Source of the DNA: Lophium mytilinum
Taxonomy: Eukaryota
DNA: 64,000 nt
NCBI GenBank assembly: GCA_010093605.1
Contig: MU004182.1
Span: forward strand, 1,025,032 to 1,089,031
Direction of reading: 5' to 3'
The position numbers and the translations under genes were made by a program. The number at the start of each line of letters is the position of its first letter. Positions within the stretch are counted from its first letter, which is position 1. This document shows positions 1 to 10,876 of this stretch, piece after piece. The notes under the pieces are model-generated. The model was not told the origin of the DNA. It made no database searches and worked only from the letters and a program-made list of their open reading frames with translations.

Positions 1-2406
1 AGGGAGCCCCATCCCCTGGTCGGGGCTACGACTACCATATTAGGAGACAAGCTCTATGTGTTTGGCGGGAGGAGACTCTCCCGGACAAGGCCACAGCTTA
101 CTGCGGATCTGTACGAGCTTGACCTTGTCAGAAGGCATTGGACCAAACTTGACACTAAAGGCGATATACCTCCTCCGCGATATTTCCACAGCGTCTGTGC
201 GTTGGGCGACACCAAACTAGTTTGCTATGGAGGAATGTCCCCAGCCGCTCCACAAGCCACTCAGCCAGCTCCACCTCAACAGGGAAATTCCGCAGACGCC
301 CAGCCCGAGGTTGTAGTAATGTCGGATATACACATTTACGATGTGCCTACGCAGACGTGGATGAATATTGCTACCGTTGACTCACCCCAGGGAAGGTACG
401 CACATTGCGCGACCATTCTACCATCATCGGCTGTATTCGCATCTGCGAGTGCTCCAATGGCGGCCATACAGCATAACCCTCCGTCAACAAATCCCAACCA
501 GGGCTCGCTTGGGGTCCAATTGGATGGAAATGGTGGCGCAGAAATGGTCGTCGTCGGCGGCCAAGATAGCGCCAATCACTACATTGAGCAAATTAGCGTG
601 TTCAACCTCAGGAGTTTGAAGTGGACAGCTACCAATACCCTGGGAAGGAGCTGCGGAGCATACAGAAGCGTTATTGCGCCCTTGAGTACCATGGAACCGT
701 CGAGGATTGGCACTGGACCAAGAAAAAGCGGTGAAGCTCAAGCCCAAGAAGCACAATCAGAAGGTGCCACCGATGGAGGCTCTTCCATGCTCATTTACTC
801 TAATTATAACTTTTTGGATGTAAGGCTTGAACTTCAAGTCAGGCTACCCGATGGCACATTATCGGAAAAACCCATGCATGGGAACTTCTCGCCCCCGGGC
901 TTACGATTCCCGAATGGTGGAATAATAGACAACCATTTCGTTGTCAGTGGCACCTTTCTGACGTCCTCCAAACAAGAATATGCTCTCTGGGCATTAGACC
1001 TTCGGTCTCTTACATGGAGTCGAATAGATGCAGGCGGAAGCATTTTCAGCCAAGGAAGCTGGAATCGTGGTGTTCTATGGAACCGGCGTAACTGTTTTGT
1101 CATTCTCGGAAATCGTAAACGTAATCTCGTGGAGGACTATAATCACCGTCGGATCAACTTCTCCAACATCTGTGTCGTTGAATTAGAGGCATTTGGTCTC
1201 TACGATAACCCTCGCAAATCCGCGCCCAACTCGGCATATTATTCTATTAGTTCGCCTATACCCACCCAGTATCTGGACGGAAAAGCGGGTGGCCGACAGC
1301 TTTCTTTAGCTGCTGCAGAGATGGGCCAATTAGCTTTGGGCATCCGTGAACTCGCGGACATGGACTTTCTGGCCATGGGCGGCGAGCGGATCCCAGTCAA
1401 CTCTCACCTAATCGCACGACGATGGGGCCCTTATTTCAACCACCTCCTTCGCGAAGGCAGCAACACGCTTGAAAATGCTGACACTGCAACTCTCCGCCCG
1501 TCGAACGCAACACTCCCATCTCGTAATTCCAGCATCACTATAACACCCTCAATCAAGACTAACTACTCGAGTGCCACAACGCTTACGAACAACACCGGTG
1601 CAGAAAACGGGGTACCTTCCTCCTTCGATCCACCGGAACCTCGCGCCCCCCTTCCCGCCAGCAGACCCCGCACTCTTTACCTCCCGCACACTCACCTCAC
1701 AATCCAAGCCTTGATCCACTACCTATACACTTCTTCACTACCACCCCCATCCTCCCAACTCTGCAGTCCACAAATCCTCTGCTCCCTCCTCCAGCTCGCC
1801 CGACCCTACCACATCGACGGCCTCCTCGAAGCGATAGTCGAGCGCCTCCACGTCCTCCTCGACGGCCGCAACACGGCCGCCATCTTCAACGCCGCCGCCA
1901 TGGCAGCTGGAGGCGGCTCGGGCGTCGCCTTTGTCGGTGTCACTAACGGCGCCGGTCTCAGTCTCGAGGCTCAGAACTCACTTTCACCGGATTCGGCTGG
2001 AAATGGTGTTGGGAGTAGCTCTGGCGGGGGAGCGAGTGCTGCCACGGCGCGCTCGCTCGATGCTGGACTCCGTGCGCTGAGGATTAATACCGACCTCAGC
2101 GGAAACGGAGTGAGGGCGCAACAGGATGATGAAGTTAGCAGTGCGAGCACTAGCACTAGCACATCTGCCAGCGATATCGGTAGTGCCAGTGGTATTGGCA
2201 GCGAGAGGGAGGTGTGGGCTGGGGAGCTGAGTGCGGTTGTGGGGCTGCAAAAGAGGGGGCTGAGAGGGTTGATGGAGGGGAGGAGAATTAGGGAGATGGG
2301 CCGTGGTGGGAGTGGCGGAGGCGGCTCGGCCGGTGGCGGCTCGGCCGGTGGAGTGGGAGCTGATGTAGGAGATGGGAGAGTTGGATTGGGAATTGCGCAG
2401 TCGTGA
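1..2406 (+). CDS. ral2: Kelch-repeat/BTB regulatory protein, Ral2/Mds3-like (5' end lies outside the window)
   Basis: Kelch motifs (LYVFGG, PPPRYFHS, CYGG, GRYAHCA, VVVGG), BTB-like segment (DMDFLAMGGERIPVNSHLIARRWGPYF...IQALIHYLYT) and C-terminal VVGLQKRGLRGLMEGRR; frame is open from the window start. Confidence 0.8.
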   Translation, partial: REPHPLVGATTTILGDKLYVFGGRRLSRTRPQLTADLYELDLVRRHWTKLDTKGDIPPPRYFHSVCALGDTKLVCYGGMSPAAPQATQPAPPQQGNSADAQPEVVVMSDIHIYDVPTQTWMNIATVDSPQGRYAHCATILPSSAVFASASAPMAAIQHNPPSTNPNQGSLGVQLDGNGGAEMVVVGGQDSANHYIEQISVFNLRSLKWTATNTLGRSCGAYRSVIAPLSTMEPSRIGTGPRKSGEAQAQEAQSEGATDGGSSMLIYSNYNFLDVRLELQVRLPDGTLSEKPMHGNFSPPGLRFPNGGIIDNHFVVSGTFLTSSKQEYALWALDLRSLTWSRIDAGGSIFSQGSWNRGVLWNRRNCFVILGNRKRNLVEDYNHRRINFSNICVVELEAFGLYDNPRKSAPNSAYYSISSPIPTQYLDGKAGGRQLSLAAAEMGQLALGIRELADMDFLAMGGERIPVNSHLIARRWGPYFNHLLREGSNTLENADTATLRPSNATLPSRNSSITITPSIKTNYSSATTLTNNTGAENGVPSSFDPPEPRAPLPASRPRTLYLPHTHLTIQALIHYLYTSSLPPPSSQLCSPQILCSLLQLARPYHIDGLLEAIVERLHVLLDGRNTAAIFNAAAMAAGGGSGVAFVGVTNGAGLSLEAQNSLSPDSAGNGVGSSSGGGASAATARSLDAGLRALRINTDLSGNGVRAQQDDEVSSASTSTSTSASDIGSASGIGSEREVWAGELSAVVGLQKRGLRGLMEGRRIREMGRGGSGGGGSAGGGSAGGVGADVGDGRVGLGIAQS

Positions 2407-3296
2407 GATATGTTGTTATCTTCCACTTCTTCTTTTTCCAGCGATGTCTTCGAGATCCAAGACGAGCCATGGCTTCTTCCGATCTACCAATAGGCGTTTT
2501 GTAGGAGCGGTTTCTTCGATCGGGGGGCCGAGAGATTTAAATTGGGATAGGACGCACGAAGTTGCATTTTGAGGAGCTTGGGCTGATGGGATCGGGCGTG
2601 GTGGGAGTATTGTCTAGCCTTATTCTTTTTTCTTGTTTAGCTTCAAAGACGGTTGGGATAGGATGTCTGAGGGGTGAATCGGCAATATCACTGCAGAGAT
2701 TCGATTCGCTGTCTTGCTCGCAATGCCTAGTCTATGATGTTGGTTGTTCGGTCACTGCCCACAGACCATGTTGTTAGAATAGGTAAGGGTGGCCAGATGG
2801 TGCGGTCGAGGTAAGGAAGCACGAGAGCTACATGAGCTATGCGTTCGAGAGTGACGCGCAGCGGGTGGCTTGCCCCGCCGTGTGGCACGGCAGACTTGAT
2901 CGATGCAAGGTGCCGTTGAGATGGGCGGAAACGTATCACGGGCCTGATGAGGGGCTTCTTGCATGCGAACGGCATCTGAAACGGCATTCTGTGGTAGGGA
3001 TATGCGTCAGGAGCTCGTCATGTAGGTTGGTTTGTCTGCTCGCTGTCCACCAATTTCATTCTTTCTTTTTACAACAGATAATTGAGGTGCGGCCTGAGCA
3101 TTGAGAAGTGCGGTAGTCAAGCTACGTGAAAGAACAATGGCAGTCTATGCTCTTGATTTCGGTTCTGAAGCTTCCGATTCATCAAATATACGCCTATTTA
3201 GGGTTTGCATACACTTGTCTAGCATCGTTTGAGGTCCCCCGATACGTTATTAAGAACTGGAAAACGACACTTTTAACAACCCTAATAACTCGCTGG

Positions 3297-3375
3297 GCCA
3301 CTTTAGACGGTGTCGTACCTTTGTAAGAGACTGCCACTTTAGACGGTCTCGTACCTTTGTAAGAGACTGCCACTT
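3297..3375. repeat. 36-bp tandem repeat, about 2.2 copies
   Basis: GCCACTTTAGACGGT(G/C)TCGTACCTTTGTAAGAGACT at 3297 and 3333, partial third copy at 3369. Confidence 0.9.
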
Positions 3376-3711
3376 GATGTTTAACGGAGCGGGGTGGCCC
3401 GTGCGAAAAAGCCGCCCTACACACTTCGACCACGTGTTCTCGAGATCGCGTCCGCTGTCAAAACACTTCAAGGAACCTAACAGTAAGTGTACCCCGTAAT
3501 TGGCGTCTCTAGGTCCTTGCAATGGCCCGAACAACTCACGGTCAGAGCTATACGAGACGCCGAAATAGCGGACGCTTGGCCCTCCCGAAGACCGACTTGT
3601 GTATGACGCGTGCATAGGACGTCGTCATTTTGAGTCAATATCTCGACGACGAGACTATGCATTCGTGATTAAAACGTCATTTCTTGCGGTTGTGTTTACC
3701 TACTTAAGAAA

Positions 3712-4543
3712 ATGAATTCAATTACGATTTCGCGTTCGGTATTCTCAAGCACAAAAGTCGTGTCTCGAATAATTCCAAAACAAGCGTTTACAAGACTATC
3801 ATCAACTTCTTTCCAAACTCGCCAGAATCGTGCTATTCCTAGTCGTCAATTCTCCCAAACAACGTCTTTCAAAATGCCAGATACTCTCACGAAGGAGGAG
3901 GTCAACTCTCAGACTGATCCGTCGCTCTCGAAGCAGTATGATAACGAGACGCCCAAGGACCAGCAAATAAAGGAGCTCTACGACCTGGTTGACAGCAAGA
4001 AGATTGGACTGCTCAGCACGTTCAGGAATGGCGTAGGTATGTATATCCTCTATTCGCAAAGCATTCAAGTACTGATATCCCGTTCTAGGCCCCGTTGCCC
4101 GCTCTATGGCCGTAGCCAAACGAGTGGGCCCCGACTTCCTCTTCCTTGCCAACCTACATAGCAACAAATTCAAGGACATCAAAGAGAATCCAGTGGTCCA
4201 GGTGACATTTCAGGATAGTTCCACTCAAGACTGGGTCTCTGTCGCTGGCAAAGTAGTCACCTCGGCGAACGACGATCCCCGCATCAAGGAGCTGTGGAGC
4301 CATGGTGTGAAGGCCTGGTTCGGAGATCTTGGGGATGGGAAGCATGACGGGAGCGCGGATGATCCAAGGATGGCGCTCATTGAAGTCAAGACCAACTACA
4401 TTTCTTACTGGCTGCACCAAGTCGGCACGCTGGGCTTCATCAAAGAAGTTGGGCTGGCGGCTGCGACTGGGAAAGTTGCGAATACTGGAGTTTCGAGGGA
4501 GTTGAAGGAGGCGGATGTTGAGAAGGCCAGGAGGGAGGCGTGA
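3712..4543 (+). CDS. bli-3: BLI-3-like protein (pyridoxamine 5'-phosphate oxidase-like fold); intron 4037-4088; ATG at 3874, with an in-frame upstream ATG at 3712
   Basis: Spliced product reads GLLSTFRNGVG/PVARSMAVAKRVGPDFLFLAN...KAWFGDLGDGKHDGSADDPRMALIEV...TGKVANTG; intron GTATGT...TACTGAT...TAG. Confidence 0.85.
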
Positions 4544-5226
4544 CTGCGCCTCAGTAGGGCTTCTTTGTAAACTATAACGGGGTACGGAAATGATATGTAT
4601 GTACCGTATACGGTCAAGTGGCTTAACGAGCACAACTTTCTCAGCTTTTATAGCGTCTTAAGTATTTCTGCACTTCTCATAAAACAGTACCAGTGGCAAT
4701 CCATAAGAAGGATTTACTATTAAAATCTTTTAGTCTCGTTTTTTCTTTAATATAGCTTATTTCAGCATCAACTTGTACGTGAACACTATCTCGTTACAGT
4801 AACAGTTCTTAAGCCTGCGTACACTTGTTCGCCAGTGTCGGCGGGGGCTCCGCAGGATCTCGAATTTGCACGAGCGATGTCGAGTTTCAAGAAGTGCAAA
4901 TGAGGTTACCTCTTGACTAAATCACCGCAGCACAGTTGGTCTACCCCTGACAGTGGTGTCAAGTGAGCAAAACCCAAGTCAAGCAGTGATGGATCCTTGT
5001 GCCCTAACTTACAGTCAAGTACTATAGCATCCACACCTCCCGGCAAACGTACTGAAGCAGCCGCCAAGCAAAACAAGCGAGTTATAGCACATAGCAGTGT
5101 GGTAAGCCTCTTCATGATCGTTTAATCCTGGGAATAGAGGTGACGATTTGACCTGTTTTCATCTACGTTATGGATTCGTTGGCACAGATTTCCAGTCTTT
5201 TCTGGTCCAAATGACAACGTGTGACC

Positions 5227-6126
5227 TTACTTTTGTTCAAGCTCTTCCATTCTTGCGAAAGCTTCGCGAGCAATCTCCCTCGTTTCTTCCGCGACGTCGT
5301 CCCGTTCCACTACTTCTTTGAAGGCCTTCTTCCCCGCCACCCATCTTTCCTCATAAAAGCTGGACTTGACGCTGCGATCTTCATTCTCGCCGGCTTTGTG
5401 ATCCCGCACAATGCTTCCCGCTTGCAATATCCACACCGCTGCAGGCGGGACAACAGCATCCAGCCTAGTTCCTTTAGGCACTCTCCCCTTCTTCTGCCCC
5501 ATCACCTCTAGCATCATCTTCACCATCCATCCAGAATAGATCACAAAATCTGCGATCCCTTCCACCGTCAGCCTCGCAACGAACGAGTTCACATTCGTCC
5601 ACGCATGGATCTCCGCTATGGAAACCTCATAATCTTCCCTCGGGACATCATTCCAGCTCTCTCTTGTCGCGGGTCCAATCATCAGTAGCTCGCTCCATAG
5701 CACACCCGGTTCCCAAATCCAATCGCCTTGCAGCTTCTCAGGCATTGGGTCTGGCCGAGGAGGGTCTGGCCGTGCTTTTAGAGCCTTCACGAGCGCGAGC
5801 AGCCGATCGTGGGCAGCAGGTTCGCGCCATGAGTTTCGTTTCGCTGTGTGGAGAACGCTGTACCAGAGATTCCAGAGTAAACCTTCTGCCGATTTCTCGT
5901 TGTCTGAGCGTTCGGTCGCCTTCTTGGCCTGAGGAGGGTCGCTATATGCGTGGTCGATGGGTGTAGCCAGTGCATTTACAGTATCGCCGAGAGTCGAAGA
6001 TCCGCTCATGTATGACAGTAGAGTTTTGTAGGCCGGGCCGTCCATCTCTGGCATGAACCAATTCCTCAAAGGGCCTAGTTGATCGATCTCTGCGGCCTCG
6101 TCTGTGGAGGGTGCTTCGCTCGCCAT
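5227..6126 (-). CDS. DUF3632-like fungal hypothetical protein
   Basis: LWNLWYSVLHTAK, HDRLLALVKALKARP, LWSELLMIGPATRESWN, WTNVNSFVARL, AAVWILQAG and ERW motifs typical of this family. Confidence 0.75.
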   Translation of the reverse strand: MASEAPSTDEAAEIDQLGPLRNWFMPEMDGPAYKTLLSYMSGSSTLGDTVNALATPIDHAYSDPPQAKKATERSDNEKSAEGLLWNLWYSVLHTAKRNSWREPAAHDRLLALVKALKARPDPPRPDPMPEKLQGDWIWEPGVLWSELLMIGPATRESWNDVPREDYEVSIAEIHAWTNVNSFVARLTVEGIADFVIYSGWMVKMMLEVMGQKKGRVPKGTRLDAVVPPAAVWILQAGSIVRDHKAGENEDRSVKSSFYEERWVAGKKAFKEVVERDDVAEETREIAREAFARMEELEQK

Positions 6127-6826
6127 TGTGCAGTGCTGAGTGCAGTTGTAGATAGCTGCGATGTTTGAAATGTACTTCAAGCTCTCAAGGGGCGGATTCG
6201 AGGCTTATGTCAATGTTTTGTAGAGATAGACGGTAACGAATTGGGCAGGTGCTGCGTCATAGGCCTGCAACCTACTATAATTTAGCGTTCGAATGAAGTA
6301 CACGATGGGAATATGCAGGGCTGCCTTGTATCATTTTCCCACGGTATTACCCGAAGAACTACATGTGAATGGTAGAAAGACAGAGTTAAAGAAGAAGACG
6401 AAGATACGGTAGACTCCGCTGAACATAAAGTGGCAGTCCAACACCGTCTGAGGTGGCTCGAAGAGCTATCAGGCTTGCCAAAGATATTACCAGACGCGTT
6501 TTCATAACATACCAGAGAGCCTCTAACAGTGCTAGACATGGGTACAACAGTACAAAAAGAGTGTGTATGCTAGAGAAAGGAAAATTGGAATCAAAAGCAC
6601 GCCGTCGCTGCGGTTAGACGCACAGACCAATCCTCGAATCCGCAAGCTTCAGACCGTGAATCTGCCACTGGATTCACCCTCATCCACACTCTTTGGCTCG
6701 ACATCTAGGCTTGTCCTTAATCGCTTTCTTTAAGCTCTCTAAACTTATTACAATGCCTTGTACATACTCATATCCTTCATAATACCCTGTACACCTCCCA
6801 AGCGCGTTTCCATCCCGATTGACAAC

Positions 6827-7438
6827 ATGATCCTCCAATACCCCCTCTTCGCAATTACACTCCTCTTTACGATCGCACGCGCACAAAACTACTGCACCAC
6901 TGCTCCAAAATACACATCTGCCTGGCAACCAACAATGACCTTCGGCGACGAGAGCCCGACCGTCACCCCTCCGCTACCATGCCCCGGCTGGTACGCCGCG
7001 CAGGAAGGCTACTGCTGTAGCGGCGGTATCAATTGCTCCGGCAGCGCATGTACCTGTCCTAATGGAACCCTCGTATACTCTCTCCCGCTCGCGCCTTGTG
7101 TGTTTGAAAACCCGGAGTGGACCAAATGTCCGGGAAACATGATGCATGGCCTGTGTTGCTCGGGACCTGGAATATTCTTAAATGGACCCTACAATAGTAC
7201 TTGGAGCACGGCGGTGTGTAATAGGGGAACTGCGGTGTTCAATGTTACGACGGCGATGGATGGCACTGTGGGCACAACTACTCTTCCGCCGGGGATCAGC
7301 TATACTGAGACGCGGTGTTTTACGTGTCCCTTGTATACTAGGACAACGTCGTCGAAAGGGCTAGCAGCGAGGACAATGGCGTCGGAGGAGATGGTGGCGA
7401 AGGTCGTGGCTGTTGGAGCGCTGCTGGCGGCGCTCTAG
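6827..7438 (+). CDS. Secreted Cys-rich protein, probably GPI-anchored or cell-wall associated (203 aa)
   Basis: Signal peptide MILQYPLFAITLLFTIARA; two CPG...CCSG modules; Thr-rich stalk; hydrophobic C-terminus VVAVGALLAAL. Confidence 0.75.
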   Translation: MILQYPLFAITLLFTIARAQNYCTTAPKYTSAWQPTMTFGDESPTVTPPLPCPGWYAAQEGYCCSGGINCSGSACTCPNGTLVYSLPLAPCVFENPEWTKCPGNMMHGLCCSGPGIFLNGPYNSTWSTAVCNRGTAVFNVTTAMDGTVGTTTLPPGISYTETRCFTCPLYTRTTSSKGLAARTMASEEMVAKVVAVGALLAAL

Positions 7439-8086
7439 GTCTGGTTAATTGTATCACAGACTAAAGGAGCGTTATGTAAGGCCTAATTACCAGCATTCCA
7501 GCGTAGTTCTCTACTGCCTTCAGGCTGACTACTTATAATGAGGCAGATTCGCAATATCATTGCAGTCGGGTGGACTAATTAGCAATCCAGATAAAGTTAT
7601 ACCCTAAGGTCCACACCTCAGCTTCTTTGACTGTCACACGTCTTCTTCAGAAGACAAGCTATACACATATGCCCATATAACGCTATTATCTAAGAGACAT
7701 TTCCTTTGCGCTGGTGCTCCTTCTGATCTTGCTAGGCTATATCAGCCTCCGCCTTTGTTTCATTCGTCATCCGTTAATATTGACCACTTGCTCGCCCTCC
7801 TTCCATATGTCAATATCATTGTAGCCCGCCAAGCGCAGGTGCTGGAAGGTATGGGTTCCCTAAGATGTCCATCTCCGCGGACCGAACGCCGGTTACACCG
7901 ATTAAAACCATCCTGACAAGAACGGTCCAGACTGGCGTGATGGCGAACTACACTGCACCGGATAGATATTGCTGCTGTCACGGGTAGTCAGGTTTGGAAA
8001 AGAGAAGCCGCTGTCAACTTGCAAGAACGGTAAGTCAGATACTGTCTCTTAACTATATCAGGCATCAAAAAGAAAAGCATGTTAGC

Positions 8087-8190
8087 GTCCGGCGCCGCGG
8101 ATCGAACGCGGGTTACACCAACTATAGCGGGCTGCGCCACATGGCGCGGCCCTGGAGCTGGTGTGTTATAACCAACTAAACTACACCGGA
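8087..8190 (-). tRNA. tRNA-like Pol III gene, copy 1; best reading is an atypical intron-containing tRNA-Trp(CCA), identity uncertain
   Basis: Minus strand: acceptor stem TCCGGTG/CGCCGGA; box A TAGTTTAGTTGG; T-arm CCGCG-TTCGATC-CGCGG; CACCAG-CT-CCA-G...TTGGTG; terminator TTTTCTTTTT about 10 nt downstream. Confidence 0.7.
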
Positions 8191-8388
8191 TTGACTCTGC
8201 TTTGGACGGGGGCTTGAACTACGGCACTTGTATACGCGCAGCCTTCACCTCTTTGGAGAAATTCAAACAAGGGACTGCTGAACTTCCGAAAATCCCAGAC
8301 GACAAGAGCGTGAAGTATAACATCAACTTGAAAATAATGCGAGTATCTAGGCGGAACGATGCGCAAAAGTGAAGCAAAAAAACAGTAT

Positions 8389-8500
8389 GTCCGGCGCCGC
8401 GGATCGAACGCGGGTTACACCGGTCAAGGTATGAGCTAGGCTATTGAGCCCGGCACAAAGAGCTTGCCGTATGCGTTATGGCCAACTAAACTACACCGGA
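8389..8500 (-). ncRNA. tRNA-like Pol III gene, copy 2; no canonical anticodon loop
   Basis: Same acceptor and T arms as copy 1, D arm differing by 2 nt; unrelated ~56-nt central hairpin; T7 terminator at 8376-8382. Confidence 0.7.
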
Positions 8501-9508
8501 TTAATGATCTCTCCAAATTATTCCTGTTATAACCATCCTCTTCGTTGAAAGCAAGGAAAACTACAATAGTTTTCGAGATGACGTAGCGGGCGGATAGTAA
8601 GTTTTGAACTTCGTAGTGACAGGCAGCGAGGCTGTCGTAGAAAGAAGTGTACGAGGAGCTATAAGAGATATGTGAGAGGAATGGTCAGCAAAGCGAAAAA
8701 GGTGAGACTCAATTTTGAGTTCTGTACATCTGTCTGCCGCTGCTTGGGGTGCTCCAATGCATTTTTAAAATTGAAAACTCTTAGCTTTGCGCTATTTGGA
8801 AACTTGTTGAAGCATTCCGAGCAGTGGCAAACAATTGCACCAACTTACGTTAGTCTCTATTTACACAAGGCGCAAGAATCTCCCAGAATTGAGTATTGAT
8901 TCGGGGCCCTCTTTGAGCATTCTACATGGAGGCAATCCGGCGTCCCCTCTGGTATCGACGAAAGTATCAGATAAACGGCAAACGCACATAAAAACGGCGG
9001 GCTGGAACGATGCATCGAGCCTGTCGTCAAGGTCGTTCATGCGATCCCGCGTAGATTCATCTCTCGACATTGCCCTCGTAAGGGGCGTCCCTGGGTGGCG
9101 AGAAACCCCCGTGCCGAAAAAAAACAATTGTTCAAACATTTCAAGTATTTCCTCGTAAGCCTATGAAGTCATAACCAATGAAATAATGTTTTTTGGGCAT
9201 TTATCCTTAAGATGGGAGTTTGCGACTAGATATATACGTCGGTCTTGGTCATGCTGTCGATCGTTCCGTTTATGGCGTCCAGAACCAAATCGGCTTTACA
9301 CCCCTACTCCACCACCACTACCTACCTATTTTCCGGTTTCGGAGCCTTAGGGCAATAGTTTTGTTGAAGAAAAATATATCTAAAAGCGGTAAGAATACTT
9401 AGACTCTAAAAACGCATTCACTTTAAAGTTTCTCCGTGCGAGCGCCCGGTGTCTTGGCGTATGACTTCAGCCTGCTTACATGATGAGGTCAGCTAATCGT
9501 ATTACAGG

Positions 9509-10231
9509 GGGCAATAGTCTGGATTGCCAGCATCTTGGCGGTAAACGTTTCACGATGCCAGCAAACGCCACCAAGACGCTAAAGGCTTTAAGCGATGCCA
9601 AATACAGTGTAGGCCACTGTAAATCAGCATCGCACCCCGGCCGTCAGCGTCCATATGTTGTTTTCTGGCATGCACAAATCAGACGCTCACGTGACCCAAA
9701 GAAAATCAGGTATTACAAGCCTTTTTTTAATCGCTTCATCGTACTTATTATAAACGTTCTTAGTAAGGCTATACTTCATTTTAGTTGCGCAAGCTGTAAG
9801 GTGTGCAAGAGGGAGAGAAGAGGGTTAGGGGGCGGCTAAGTATTATGTTATCTAGTGGTTGCTCGGCTAACTTAGCACGTGCCATGCACGTACACGCCTC
9901 CCCCTTTATTATCTGCCTATCCCCCTCGCCCTCTTATTATCCTATACACCTTACAGGCACACCTAGAGGACATGCGACCGGGGAAACTACCTGCTGCAAG
10001 GCAAAAATCCTAAAATGCGTGTCGCTAGAGTTTGCTTCTAACCATCACGTAATGGCTAAGCAGCTCTGCGTAGGCTGTATAAGTTGTGCATGCTAGATAA
10101 TGCTGCACGGACGCTAATGTTTAGTGCTACAGCTATTTTTGGCTTAGAGCGTGAACGCTAACGTTCGGGTGGTATTTGCTGGCATTGTAAAACGTTTACC
10201 GCTAAGATGCTGGTATTCCAAACTATTGCCC
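9509..10231. mobile_element. Non-autonomous Mutator-like (MULE) DNA transposon / MITE, 723 bp
   Basis: TIRs GGGCAATAGT(C/T)TGGA...GCCAGCAAA(C/T)(G/A)CCACC: about 64 bp well matched, loosely extending to about 130 bp; 9-bp TSD TATTACAGG at 9500-9508 and 10232-10240; no transposase ORF. Confidence 0.85.
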
Positions 10232-10876
10232 TATTACAGGCAACTGAGACGACCCCAGTCGACTACTTTTCCGGGCTAATGTTGATTTGGCTCAAAGACT
10301 GATTGGCTAGGAGGCTGCTAATTACCCTTAAGGCCGGCCGGAAAAGCTACCTCAAATGGTAAGTCTTTGGCTTGATTTTAGCGCTTGTTCACCGGACGTG
10401 GTGAACTGCTGTAGAAGTGTGGGCGCTCTTCTAGGATTCAACCAGGTTTTACTCCGTACACCCTAGTAATCTTGAGATTGTTAAATATTAAATTCGTATT
10501 TGAACTCATCTAAGTGGCCGATGTTGGTAGGGTTGCTGTTTCGGGCACAATGGCTTGTCTAGATGTGGCATAGATTTACACAAGAACAGGGGCCTGCCTT
10601 CCCGTGGATACCGTCTTCTCTGAGATTATACATACGCCACCCTTGGCGCGCTATTTTAACCTTACTTGTTGAGCGTATCAGGTCACCCCTATCGAGCTGA
10701 TTTGTGGGCCTGTCGGCACCCATCGGCGCCCATCGGCGCCTGGCAGCTCGATTCCCCGACCAACTTTACGCTCATGGGTTTAGTGCGTGCCAAGGGTGGC
10801 GTATGTATAATCTCAGAGAAGACGGTAGAGTGAGATGCACTCTTAACTGTCTCTTATTAACCTTACAAAGGGTACG

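Noticed and set aside
2300..2360. Gly-rich GGGSA repeats at the Ral2 C-terminus as an amyloid signalling motif
   Set aside because: Simple low-complexity slippage repeat without the pattern of HET-s, PP or sigma motifs
3297..3375. 36-bp repeats (and the 37-bp pair at 57602) as a CRISPR array
   Set aside because: Units are directly adjacent with no spacers, there are no cas genes, and the context is eukaryotic
8087..8500. tRNA-Sec interpretation of the tRNA-like genes
   Set aside because: Acceptor stem is 7 bp and T stem 5 bp, there is no TCA in a proper anticodon loop, and ascomycetes are not known to use Sec
8861..9139. 92-aa ORF with a faint bHLH-like RDRMNDL segment
   Set aside because: No further motif support and the surrounding DNA looks degenerate
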